Origin: a virus
Taxonomy: Duplodnaviria > Caudoviricetes
Length of the DNA: 64,000 nt
Strand: one strand, 5' to 3'
Virus record (IMG/VR): IMGVR_UViG_3300028886_000042
The first letter of the stretch is position 1, and every line of letters begins with the position of its first letter. The position numbers and the translations under genes are program-made. Of the stretch, positions 52,283 to 61,698 are shown one piece after another. The notes under the pieces are model-generated. The model made no database searches. It worked only from the letters and a program-made list of their open reading frames with translations, and was not told the origin of the DNA.

Positions 52283-52309
52283 TACTGATTTGTTCTACAT
52301 ATATAAAAG

Positions 52310-52347
52310 AAAAGGCGGCTTGTATGTTGTATACTTACCACCTTTTC
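52310..52347. terminator. Hairpin between convergent genes (possibly bidirectional terminator)
   Basis: aaaaggcgg...ccacctttt imperfect inverted repeat. Confidence 0.45.
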
Positions 52348-52384
52348 AACATTATTATATATATTGAGAAGAAAAAGTTACTGT

Positions 52385-54304
52385 TTATGATGCATCTTGT
52401 ACTGTCCAACCGGAAGGTATTCCGTCTACATTTCTTGGCCAATCGTTCATGGATGCTGCTTTTACGAATGTACCGGTTAAGGAAGTTTGATATACCCAGT
52501 CTTTTGTACAATTAGTTGCTGATATATCAGTTGCAAGACATTTTATGTAGTTCAAATGCCAACAATACCAAAACATAGAATTATAACAACCTTGCACTAA
52601 TGTTGTGGCAGGTAAATCCGGCCCATTGGTTAATTTTTTACAGTTATCGAACATATGTCCATAACAACCTTTCATTAATGTTGTGGATGGTAATAACGTA
52701 CTTGGTATGGTGGTTAAAGCACTGCATTGATAGAACATATTTAAATAACAATAATCTGCTAATGTAGTAGCAGGCAAATCAGGTACATTAGTTAAACCGG
52801 TACAACCACTGAACATACTTTCATAACAATAAGTTGCTAATGTAGTTGCGGGGAGTAACCCACTTGGTATACTTGTTAAACCTGTACAATTCCTGAACAT
52901 TTCATAATAACAATTATCTGTTAATGTTGTGGCAGGTAACATATTAGTTGGTATAGATGTTAAACTTGTACAATTCATAAACATCTGATAATAATCATTT
53001 CCATATAAGGTAGTTGCAGGAAGTTCTGGGGCATTTATTAATGACGTACAACCATAGAACATTTGGTAATAACAATTTTGCGTTAATGTGGTAGCTGGTA
53101 GTAAATCCGTTGGTATACTTGTTAAACCGGTACAACCATAGAACATTTTTAAATAACACCTCATTACTAACGTAGTAGCAGGTAAATCAGGAACATTTGT
53201 TAAACCGGTACAACCATAGAACATTTCTTGATAACACTCCATTGTTAACGTAGTTGCCGGCAGTAAATCCGTTGGTATACTTGTTAAACCGGTACAACCA
53301 TAGAACATCTGTGTATAACACTGTTGTTTTGTTGTTGTTGCAGGTAACAGATTGGTCGGTATGGATGTTAAGCCATTACAACCATAGAACATACTGCGAT
53401 AAATTCCGGTTACTAATGTAGTTGTATGTAATAACCCACTTGGTATACTTGTTAAACCCGTACAACCTCTGAACATATATGCATAACAATATGAGGGTTC
53501 ATTACTGTAAGTACCACTAAAATCAGTAGCAGGTAAAAAGTTAGTAGGTATACTTGTTAAGCCCGTACAACCATTGAACATATATGCATAACAATATTGA
53601 TATACTTTATCTGCCGGTAATAAATCAGAAGGTATGTTTCTTAAACCGGTACATTGAGAGAACATATAGTAATAACAATAAGTTGCTAATCTAGTAGCAG
53701 GTAAATTAGGTACATTTGTTAAACCACTGCAACCTCTGAACATAGAATAGTAGCAATCATATGCTAATGTAGTAGCGGGGAGTAAATCAGAAGGTATAGT
53801 TGTTAAACCTGTACAACCTTGGAACATACTGGCATAACAATAACCTGATAATGTAGTAGCCGGTAATAATATGGTTAATATATCTACCACACCAGTACAG
53901 TTTTTGAATAAATTGGCAAATGCGCCGTTCTTTCCTGATAGGCTTGTTTTACCACTGAAATTATTACCAAAAAGTAATGACATTACATTACCTGATACTT
54001 CAAATGTACCATCTGTTGAGGCAAATGTACCAATACCATTATTAGCAACTGTTGTGCTTGATATTGGAGTACATTCCCCTCTGAACATAATTGTATCACC
54101 AGTACTAAGTGAAATATATGTATCATCAGGTAGTTCCTGTGCGGTAGTACCACCATCTAAAGAATACATCAGTTTATTCAATGTACCTCCGGTAGGTGTT
54201 TTACCCGTAAATTTAACCTGACAAGCACTATTAGCAGTGAATGTCAATGCACCTCGTTCTATATATTCACTACCGGTATTATCTTCTAACAATCTTCTTC
54301 TCAT
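52385..54304 (-). CDS. BspA/LRR-like Cys-rich repeat protein (putative adhesin or virion-displayed protein)
   Basis: 16 repeats, mostly 26 or 28 aa, of LPATTLxxxCYxxMFxGCTGL; SGNVMSLL N-cap; GTFVK...GIPSGWTV C-cap; N-terminal MRRRLL. Confidence 0.8.
   Translation of the reverse strand: MRRRLLEDNTGSEYIERGALTFTANSACQVKFTGKTPTGGTLNKLMYSLDGGTTAQELPDDTYISLSTGDTIMFRGECTPISSTTVANNGIGTFASTDGTFEVSGNVMSLLFGNNFSGKTSLSGKNGAFANLFKNCTGVVDILTILLPATTLSGYCYASMFQGCTGLTTIPSDLLPATTLAYDCYYSMFRGCSGLTNVPNLPATRLATYCYYYMFSQCTGLRNIPSDLLPADKVYQYCYAYMFNGCTGLTSIPTNFLPATDFSGTYSNEPSYCYAYMFRGCTGLTSIPSGLLHTTTLVTGIYRSMFYGCNGLTSIPTNLLPATTTKQQCYTQMFYGCTGLTSIPTDLLPATTLTMECYQEMFYGCTGLTNVPDLPATTLVMRCYLKMFYGCTGLTSIPTDLLPATTLTQNCYYQMFYGCTSLINAPELPATTLYGNDYYQMFMNCTSLTSIPTNMLPATTLTDNCYYEMFRNCTGLTSIPSGLLPATTLATYCYESMFSGCTGLTNVPDLPATTLADYCYLNMFYQCSALTTIPSTLLPSTTLMKGCYGHMFDNCKKLTNGPDLPATTLVQGCYNSMFWYCWHLNYIKCLATDISATNCTKDWVYQTSLTGTFVKAASMNDWPRNVDGIPSGWTVQDAS
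53100..53308. repeat. Identical 47-bp direct repeats inside the repeat gene
   Basis: agtaaatccgttggtatacttgttaaaccggtacaaccatagaacat at 53100-53146 and 53262-53308. Confidence 0.85.
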
Positions 54305-54315
54305 CGTTTAAACTA

Positions 54316-54352
54316 AGTTTTAATAACAATATTTAATATTGTTATTAAAACT
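54316..54352. repeat. Perfect 18-bp inverted repeat with 1-nt spacer
   Basis: agttttaataacaatatt-t-aatattgttattaaaact. Confidence 0.9.
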
Positions 54353-54416
54353 AAAGTACCCGCAAAAATACCTGAAAAATCCAACAATTTTTTTATTTTC
54401 TTTTAACCTTATAAAA

Positions 54417-54450
54417 TTTGTCTCTTTTCCCAAAAAGCAGTATATTTGCA
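54417..54450 (+). promoter_or_regulatory. Bacteroidota-type primary sigma promoter
   Basis: TTTG (54417-54420), 20 nt, TATATTTGCA (54441-54450). Confidence 0.8.
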
Positions 54451-54465
54451 TAAAATTCATTAGAT

Positions 54466-54858
54466 ATGCTGATAGAGTTGGAGCTGATAGACCGTATATA
54501 CTACGATATTAAGGATTACTGCGAATCAAAGGGAACTGATATAACGGAATACATTATAAATACCGTTGAGGACAGGTTCTATATCGACAAATACGGTGAT
54601 TTGAACGACAAACTGACAAAAAATACAGACAGGTATAAAGTATCTGCCGATGTATCTGACAAGGAGGACAAGGCAGTTGTAACGGAGATAAAGTTCGAAG
54701 AGGAAAACAAGCCTGTAATCATATCACAGACTGAGGTAAAGAAGGAAGAACCTGTTATATCAGCAGAAGAAAAACGGTCGGAAAAATCTGAAATAATTCC
54801 GACCAAAAAAGAGGTTGAAAAACCGGTGAGAAAGAAACGTACATTAGTAAGTAAATAA
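54466..54858 (+). CDS. Hypothetical protein (possible ribbon-helix-helix-like N-terminus, charged tail)
   Basis: Strand-helix-helix-like pattern MLIELE..IYYDIKDYC...ITEYI; K/E-rich C-terminus. Confidence 0.6.
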   Translation: MLIELELIDRIYYDIKDYCESKGTDITEYIINTVEDRFYIDKYGDLNDKLTKNTDRYKVSADVSDKEDKAVVTEIKFEEENKPVIISQTEVKKEEPVISAEEKRSEKSEIIPTKKEVEKPVRKKRTLVSK

Positions 54859-54877
54859 CAGAGAATCAGACATTTAT

Positions 54878-57298
54878 ATGATAAACGTAAAACCGACGGA
54901 CAGGCTTGTATTTGATTTGAAGATGCTTCAGATTGACTACAATGAGCAGAAGAAGGAATCTTTAAGGAAGGAAATCTCAGAGAAGTACGGTGTACCCTTG
55001 AAGAATGTGGAGGTAAATTTCATCCCTATAACAGTTGACAGGGACGGTAACAGGATTTCCCTTACGAATGACATTATAACGAATATTCAGGACCCGGCTT
55101 TTCAGGTGGAACTGTTCGGTGAATATCTTGAGCAGAAGGGTATAGATGATGTTGACTTTGAGGAGATTAAGAAGATTGACAGTCAGGTAAATGCCTTTGT
55201 TGACTTTGACCAGTATTCAAAGTATAAACAATATAAATTCAAGTATGTGAAGTGGGACAACTATCTGTCATACGGAAAGGGGAACTACTTTGATTTCACG
55301 AAACTTAAGGGTATGGTACTGCTTAACGGTGAACCTGAGAATCAGAGCGGAAAAACAACGTTTGCCATTGACCTTTTAAGATTTGCACTGTTCGGAAAGG
55401 CTCAGAAATCACCGAACCTTGACAGTGTATTCAACATATATCATCCGGAGGAAACAGAGGTTATGGTTGAAGCCGGTATTGAGATAGACAGTGTTGACTA
55501 TGTAATCAGGAGAACAATAACGAGACCTTCATTAGAGAAGCGGACAAAGAAAAGCAAGTGCAAGCAGAAGATTGAGTATTTCAAGCTGTTGAACGGTGAC
55601 TATGAACTTATTGAGAACTGTGAAGGTGAAACCGGTGCTGAGACCAACAATATCATACGTGAATCAGTCGGCAGTGTCGATGACTACAACCTTGTTATTT
55701 CGGCAACGTCAAAAACATTAGGTGATTTGCTTGACATGGGTCAGACTGACAAGGGAAAACTGTTTTCAAGATGGCTTGGCCTTCTTACTATAGAGAAGAA
55801 GGAAGAGATAGCAAAGGAACTGTGGAAAAAGAAAATATCACCATCCCTTATGTCAAATACCTATAACAAGGCCACGATTGAGGGCGAGATTAAGGATTAC
55901 GAGGCTGCTTCAAAGGGTGATGCCGATGAAATAGCAAAAACACAGTTGAAGTTGAATGAGTCCAACGAACGGATAAACAGCCTTAATACTGACAAGGTAA
56001 ACGTGCTTATCGGAAGAAAGGAGATAAAGGACGGTCTGGATAAAACTGATGTTGTGACGATTGAGAACATGATTTCCAAAAACAGCGAAACCCTTACGTT
56101 GCATCGTGGGCAGATGGCAAAATACAAGGAAGAATACAAGCTTGTAAAGGATTCAGTATTTGACGAAGAAGAACTGAAGAAAGTCAGGAATGAAATCGAG
56201 GTCAGGAAACAGGCTCAGAAAGAGTATTCGGACAGCAACATTGAGATAAAGGTCAAGATAAGTCAGTTAAGGGAAGATACAAAGCGTATAAGGGGACTTA
56301 TAGATAATAAGGTATGCCCTACTTGCGGTCATCCCATTGAACTTGATGAACAGAACGGTTTTATTGAGAAGAATACTGAGGCTGAGAACCGGCTTATAGA
56401 AGAAGGAAAGAACAATAAGGCGAGGATAGATTCGATTCAGTCAGAGATTGAAGTCATGGAAAAGAAAGTTTCCGAAATGGAACAGAAGAAGGAGGAAGTA
56501 AGGAAAAAGGCTGAACTTGAACTCAGGATGACTGCCATAAAATCGAACATTGACACTGTAAAGTTAAAGATAGCCGATTTGGAGCGTAAGAAAAATGAAA
56601 TCGAGACGAACAGGGAAAACATAAGGATAAACAACGAGATTGACCTTAAGATAAGGAATATTGATGAAGCCATAAAGGTGGAAACCGGTATAAAGGAAGG
56701 TTTTATAAAGGAAATAGAATCACTCAATAACGAGATAAAGCTTTACACTAAGGAAGTTGAGAAAAGAAACGCACTGATAACAAAACTGACTGAAGAGGAG
56801 AAAATTATAAGGACATGGACTATTTATCAGCAGTTGGTAGGAAAGAACGGCATTGTGAAGATAGTATTGAAAAAGGCACTTCCTATAATAAACAATGAAA
56901 TAGCACGCATTCTTAAAGGATTATGCGATTTTGAAGTAAAACTGTCAGTTTCGGATGACGGAAAGGTGTGCATGGATTTGGTAAGGGACGGTGTTAATTT
57001 GGATTTGGGTACCGGTGCTTCCGGTTTTGAAAGTGTAATGGCTTCACTTGCGATAAGAAGTGCGTTGGCTACCGTATCGAATATATCCCACAGTTCGTTC
57101 CTATGTATAGATGAAGTACTTGACGGTGTTGCCGTTTCAAACCATGATAGTGTACATGAACTGTACAGGCGAATAATCAGAAACTATGATTTCATACTGC
57201 ATATTACGCATAATGAGCTGATAGCAGACTGGCATGATATGTTCATAACTGTTACGAAGGACATTAAGAACAACGTTTCAAGAATCGAGACCAAATAA
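54878..57298 (+). CDS. sbcC: Rad50/SbcC/gp46-like SMC ATPase
   Basis: NYLSYG, Walker A N.SGKTT, coiled coils around a CPTCG zinc hook, signature ASGFE, Walker B IDEVLD, ITH. Confidence 0.9.
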   Translation: MINVKPTDRLVFDLKMLQIDYNEQKKESLRKEISEKYGVPLKNVEVNFIPITVDRDGNRISLTNDIITNIQDPAFQVELFGEYLEQKGIDDVDFEEIKKIDSQVNAFVDFDQYSKYKQYKFKYVKWDNYLSYGKGNYFDFTKLKGMVLLNGEPENQSGKTTFAIDLLRFALFGKAQKSPNLDSVFNIYHPEETEVMVEAGIEIDSVDYVIRRTITRPSLEKRTKKSKCKQKIEYFKLLNGDYELIENCEGETGAETNNIIRESVGSVDDYNLVISATSKTLGDLLDMGQTDKGKLFSRWLGLLTIEKKEEIAKELWKKKISPSLMSNTYNKATIEGEIKDYEAASKGDADEIAKTQLKLNESNERINSLNTDKVNVLIGRKEIKDGLDKTDVVTIENMISKNSETLTLHRGQMAKYKEEYKLVKDSVFDEEELKKVRNEIEVRKQAQKEYSDSNIEIKVKISQLREDTKRIRGLIDNKVCPTCGHPIELDEQNGFIEKNTEAENRLIEEGKNNKARIDSIQSEIEVMEKKVSEMEQKKEEVRKKAELELRMTAIKSNIDTVKLKIADLERKKNEIETNRENIRINNEIDLKIRNIDEAIKVETGIKEGFIKEIESLNNEIKLYTKEVEKRNALITKLTEEEKIIRTWTIYQQLVGKNGIVKIVLKKALPIINNEIARILKGLCDFEVKLSVSDDGKVCMDLVRDGVNLDLGTGASGFESVMASLAIRSALATVSNISHSSFLCIDEVLDGVAVSNHDSVHELYRRIIRNYDFILHITHNELIADWHDMFITVTKDIKNNVSRIETK

Positions 57299-57319
57299 AT
57301 ACGCTTTTCCATTTTTCTG

Positions 57320-58024
57320 ATGAAAAAAACACAGAACTACGATAAGATTGAAGAAATTGACCTGTATTTCAAGGATATAGAAAAATACGTACCGCTTACT
57401 TCAAAGGAGGAGAGCGAGTTGGCAGCTAAAATAAAGAACGGTGACAAAAAGGCACTGGATAAGCTTGTAAAGGCTAACCTTAAATTTGTTGTCAATCATG
57501 CAAAACAGTACCGCAAGAGCGGAGTACCCTTTTCAGACCTTATTTCAGAAGGTAATATCGGCCTGATGAAGGCAGCGGAGAAATTCGACGGTACAAGGGG
57601 TATAAGGTTCATTTCATATGCCGTATGGTGGATAAGGAACTCCATACAGGAATGTATTGAAAGGTATAACGGCAGTACTGATGAAGTTTCGGCAGAAGAT
57701 TATGTAATGGAGAAGGGAAACAACAGCGAATACGAATATTCTTCACAGATTGTCAACAATGAGTTCGAAGAAGAACTTACCAACATACAGAGCAGGGAAA
57801 ATACGATAGCAGAACTCATGAAAACACTTAAGAAACGTGAAATAAAGATACTTTCGCTTTATTTCGGCCTTTATGACGGAAAGGAAATGACACTTGACGA
57901 AATAGGGCAGGAAATGCAACTGACAAAGGAACGTGTAAGGCAGATTAAGGACAAGGCACTGGTAAAACTAAAGGTCAATGCACTCTCTTCGGATGAGTTC
58001 TTCACATTCAGGGAATTAAGATAA
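57320..58024 (+). CDS. Phage-encoded RNA polymerase sigma-70 family factor
   Basis: Region 1.2 (LYFKDI..Y.PLT..EE), region 2 (ANLKFVV.., DLISEGNIGLMKAAEKFD..RG.RFISYAVWWIR), region 4 (TLDEIG....LTKERVRQI); region 3 shortened. Confidence 0.92.
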   Translation: MKKTQNYDKIEEIDLYFKDIEKYVPLTSKEESELAAKIKNGDKKALDKLVKANLKFVVNHAKQYRKSGVPFSDLISEGNIGLMKAAEKFDGTRGIRFISYAVWWIRNSIQECIERYNGSTDEVSAEDYVMEKGNNSEYEYSSQIVNNEFEEELTNIQSRENTIAELMKTLKKREIKILSLYFGLYDGKEMTLDEIGQEMQLTKERVRQIKDKALVKLKVNALSSDEFFTFRELR

Positions 58025-58057
58025 TTATATAATAATACATATTCTATATATAGAGCT

Positions 58058-58603
58058 ATGGCAAGAAAAAAAGGACAGATAACAACGAAACGACAGTCAA
58101 ACAAGAAGGCTGAAGCAGAAAAGAGCGAAGAAACAAAGAAGAGTGTTTCTGAGATGTTTATTTCAGAGTCTAAGGATTCGCCTATAACGGAAGAAGATAT
58201 AAAGGAATTCGAAGAAGAAAAGGCTGCAAGGATTGAACTTGAAAAATCCGCTAATGAGCCGGCAGCAACTGAAGATGAAACACCGGCGGAAAATCCGTCT
58301 GTTGAAACTGTTGTTGAAGGAAAAGAAGTATATCACATACCGTTTTTACAGGAAGTTAAAGATGATACCGAAACAGTTTCAAGTGACGAAGGGGATTCTT
58401 CATATACATGTACAAGTTACAGTATAACAGTCTCTAATAACGAAGAAGAAACGGTAACTGCTACAAGTGCAGATACAGAGGCTATTGTTTCAGACGGTGC
58501 GGAAGTTGTGGTACAGGAAGAAAGTAAACCTGAAAAGCCGAAGAAACGCAAAACCACAAAGGATATATACGGATATCACTGGATGGGGATGATTTTTGAC
58601 TAA
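58058..58603 (+). CDS. Acidic low-complexity protein
   Basis: E/T/S-rich core, basic ends, C-terminal YGYHWMGMIFD. Confidence 0.65.
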   Translation: MARKKGQITTKRQSNKKAEAEKSEETKKSVSEMFISESKDSPITEEDIKEFEEEKAARIELEKSANEPAATEDETPAENPSVETVVEGKEVYHIPFLQEVKDDTETVSSDEGDSSYTCTSYSITVSNNEEETVTATSADTEAIVSDGAEVVVQEESKPEKPKKRKTTKDIYGYHWMGMIFD

Positions 58604-58629
58604 TAAAAAATTATTTTTGAATTTTTTCA

Positions 58630-59076
58630 ATGAAGGCAAAAGATAAGGATTATGTTGACATAACTGAAACCATACGTACTATACGTAAGATAAACGAAGG
58701 CAAGGAAAAGGAAGAATCAGAAGAAAATAAGGGTGATGCCGTACCATATACCATGCAGGATGAGATAATGGCAAACATTACCCAAACGGCAAAGGCCCAG
58801 TTCGGTGCTGATTTTTCAAAGTCAAAAACACCCATGCTATATTATCCCGATGACGGTGATGTTGTACTTAGCGGTGTAATAGGAGACCTGAATGATGCTA
58901 AATTCCAGTTCAGATACAAGGATGCTTCGGGTAACGGATGCTATCTCTTCACTTCACCCGTACAGCTTACGGATGAGACGCTTAAGAAAATGAATGTCAT
59001 TCTTGGCGTGTTCAAGAACTGGAAGAAAGACCTGTCATCTCTTGAGGATATAAAACCTATGGGTTACAGAGGCTAA
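58630..59076 (+). CDS. Hypothetical (probable virion) protein
   Basis: 148-aa ORF with N-terminal ITE/INE motifs. Confidence 0.65.
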   Translation: MKAKDKDYVDITETIRTIRKINEGKEKEESEENKGDAVPYTMQDEIMANITQTAKAQFGADFSKSKTPMLYYPDDGDVVLSGVIGDLNDAKFQFRYKDASGNGCYLFTSPVQLTDETLKKMNVILGVFKNWKKDLSSLEDIKPMGYRG

Positions 59077-59100
59077 GGTTGCATTTCAGCAACCTTTTTT
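59076..59100 (+). terminator. Intrinsic terminator
   Basis: aggttgc-atttca-gcaacct followed by ttttt. Confidence 0.7.
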
Positions 59101-59136
59101 CCTTATATACCATATTTATAAGAAAGTATTTTTCCC

Positions 59137-59355
59137 ATGAAAATAACCGAGAGTCAGATAAGAAGAATAATCCGCGAGGAACTTACAAAGCAGGAAGTCC
59201 GTAGTATGATTGACAGTCAATTGTCATCATATTCGAACGGACGTGATTTAAAGAAGGCTATAAGAAACGTTGCAGTTGACATTATAGATGAATTCTTCCA
59301 TGAAATGTGGATGAAGAACGGTTTTTGGAAAAGTTCACTTAAAAACAAGGGGTAG
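59137..59355 (+). CDS. Small probable head-internal protein
   Basis: MKITESQIRRIIREE N-terminus; preceded by CATATTTATAA. Confidence 0.65.
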   Translation: MKITESQIRRIIREELTKQEVRSMIDSQLSSYSNGRDLKKAIRNVAVDIIDEFFHEMWMKNGFWKSSLKNKG

Positions 59356-59362
59356 GTAGGAG

Positions 59363-60574
59363 ATGAATGACGTTGTAAAAGCGAATTTAGACAAGTTCAA
59401 GGTAATCGAACGTAACAAATGCTACGCATTAGCGAACTGGATAACCCGTAAATCAAAGGATTTCAGCTTGAATGATGCATTGTATTATCTGTATATGTAT
59501 ACCGGTGGTGATTATAAGGAAATGGCTAAGATTATAGGTCAGTTATCGGAAAAGAAGAAAATGTTCGGAAGAACACAAGTATATAATACGGAACAGACAG
59601 ATGACATCACATTAAGGCTTAATGATGACGGTAAACTTGAACTGATAGGCTATAAGCCTGACAAGGAACCACAGAGAAAGGGTCAGCATATACAGCGTAA
59701 TCCTAAGATTTTCAGGAAAGGAGACGGTCAGACGAATGTGACGTTCAAAAACTCAGAGGAGAGAATAATGGATTTCGGAAAAAAGGTCAGGGAACTTTAT
59801 CCTGATGCTGACAACCAGTATCTGACACATGCTATGATAGCCATAAAGAGATTTTCGAATGACAGGAAAATCAGTCCGGAAAAGGTTATGAACAGACTTG
59901 CAAAGGGTACTCTGAAACTTCTGGACTATGATTATAATTCATTCAGAGTTGTACCTGTTGCAAACGAATCAAGGATTATCGTCATAACAGAATCGGTTTT
60001 TGATGAAATAAGCAAAGGCATGGGTATCAGTGAATACAAATTCTACAACAATGTCAAATCATTCCTCTCTTCACTGCTTGCAGACCCGGTAAATACAAAA
60101 CCTTCGGATTTGCTTCTAAGCTACGGTATAACGAAGAAGGTTCTCATAAATCAGATGATAAGCCTTGGTATGCTTGAAAGAAGTGTAAGGATTTCAGACA
60201 AGGATGAAAACGGTGAACCGAAGGAAGCGACGATGATGGTAAAATACAAGGTTCCGAAGAAGAATTTCGAAAGGAAACTAAACAGACTTTGGATTAGGCT
60301 GTTTGAGAAGAACCTGCCTCCGAGAAAACAGAGAACACCCAAATCAGATGAATTGAACGAGGAAGGTGAAGGAGCAACCAGTGCAGTTTCTTCAGGTGAA
60401 GTAGTAACTCCGCTGTTCCCCATACAGAGAAGAAAAATGCCTACCGAAGTGGAAGAGGCAACAGCAACGACAACAGCCGGAAATTACGAGTATGACGTAC
60501 CCTTTGCAGGTGATGAGGAAACACTGGCACGTCACAATGGAAAAGGAGGTTCTGTTTCTGTTAATTTAGCATAA
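59363..60574 (+). CDS. Probable head-associated protein
   Basis: IVITES, LNEE and VEE motifs; C-terminal ATTTTAGNYEYDVPF. Confidence 0.6.
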   Translation: MNDVVKANLDKFKVIERNKCYALANWITRKSKDFSLNDALYYLYMYTGGDYKEMAKIIGQLSEKKKMFGRTQVYNTEQTDDITLRLNDDGKLELIGYKPDKEPQRKGQHIQRNPKIFRKGDGQTNVTFKNSEERIMDFGKKVRELYPDADNQYLTHAMIAIKRFSNDRKISPEKVMNRLAKGTLKLLDYDYNSFRVVPVANESRIIVITESVFDEISKGMGISEYKFYNNVKSFLSSLLADPVNTKPSDLLLSYGITKKVLINQMISLGMLERSVRISDKDENGEPKEATMMVKYKVPKKNFERKLNRLWIRLFEKNLPPRKQRTPKSDELNEEGEGATSAVSSGEVVTPLFPIQRRKMPTEVEEATATTTAGNYEYDVPFAGDEETLARHNGKGGSVSVNLA

Positions 60575-60584
60575 TTTTTTGCAG

Positions 60585-60779
60585 ATGAATGATATTTATA
60601 GTTGTAAAAGTAACGAATTTTCTCACGAAGCCATAATTGACAGGCTTAATGACATATCGGGTGAGATTGAGGAAGAACAGGAAAAGCCTGATGAGGAATA
60701 TGACAGGGACAAGGTGTTCAAACTCATATACAGACAGTTCATCGAAGGACTGAAACTGTCAACGGGTTACAGAATATAA
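60585..60779 (+). CDS. Small hypothetical protein
   Basis: Fills the gap between two plus-strand genes; ATG at 60585. Confidence 0.5.
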   Translation: MNDIYSCKSNEFSHEAIIDRLNDISGEIEEEQEKPDEEYDRDKVFKLIYRQFIEGLKLSTGYRI

Positions 60780-60809
60780 TTTAGATAAAAAAAAGAAAGA
60801 ATATATAAG

Positions 60810-61676
60810 ATGTTATCAAAAAGATATACGTTCAGCGAATTAAACAGTATTCTCAAGGAAAGCCAAAACGAGTTTAAACCGCGTATAGGTGATAAAGTGG
60901 AGGATGAGGATAAGAAGAACAACGGAAAGGCTGTGGACGATATTATGAAGCAATCCAAGGAGTTCGACGGTGGCTTTACCGGTGACAAGAAGAAGAATGA
61001 CAACAGGGAGGATGTCTATGATTACAATAAGACAACCCTTGACTTGAATTTCGTATCTGAACCGGATGACAAATACAAAGAAAGAGTCAAGGCAAACGTT
61101 CACGGTTTCCCTTCCGAAAACAACGAGAAGGACAGTTCGGCAAAGAACAATGATTCCCTTGATTATGAAGGGAATGAAAAATTCTATGATGCACAGAAGA
61201 AGAAATCAAAGGAGGTAAATGACAAGGACACTGAACTTAAGCATGCAGGACTTAAGGCACGTGAACTCCCAAAGGAAAATTTCAAGAATGATACATTATA
61301 TAAGGAAAGCAAAACAATGAAGCGTTTACATTTTAAGAATACAGTATTTCTGAGCGAGTCTCAGATGCTCAAGAAGGTACCGGAAGAATACAGAAACCGT
61401 GACGTAAAATTCATCATGAAGGATGCAAGTGACACTGAATATCTTGTTGAATGTTCATACAACAATGATTTGAAATTCGGAAAACTTACAGTACTTAACA
61501 AAACCAACAAAAAGGAAATAAACGAACAGCTGAACCGTATGAAGGAATTGTCAGGCTATGACAGTTCAAAGTACTTCGCAGGTACAACTTCAGTATCGAG
61601 AAAGAACGAGACAAACGAGTTATCAGAAATGATTAGCCGTGTAAAGGAAATCGAATCTGACAGCACTGTAAAATAA
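60810..61676 (+). CDS. Probable prohead core / internal protein
   Basis: K/D/E-rich; LKES, YKES, LSES, INEQLNRMKELSGY motifs. Confidence 0.6.
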   Translation: MLSKRYTFSELNSILKESQNEFKPRIGDKVEDEDKKNNGKAVDDIMKQSKEFDGGFTGDKKKNDNREDVYDYNKTTLDLNFVSEPDDKYKERVKANVHGFPSENNEKDSSAKNNDSLDYEGNEKFYDAQKKKSKEVNDKDTELKHAGLKARELPKENFKNDTLYKESKTMKRLHFKNTVFLSESQMLKKVPEEYRNRDVKFIMKDASDTEYLVECSYNNDLKFGKLTVLNKTNKKEINEQLNRMKELSGYDSSKYFAGTTSVSRKNETNELSEMISRVKEIESDSTVK

Positions 61677-61698
61677 AACTAACAGTTCAGTAGACAGA

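Noticed and set aside
52385-54304. CRISPR array or DGR variable region
   Set aside because: The repeats keep frame within one ORF, and there is no cas gene, reverse transcriptase or template repeat in the window
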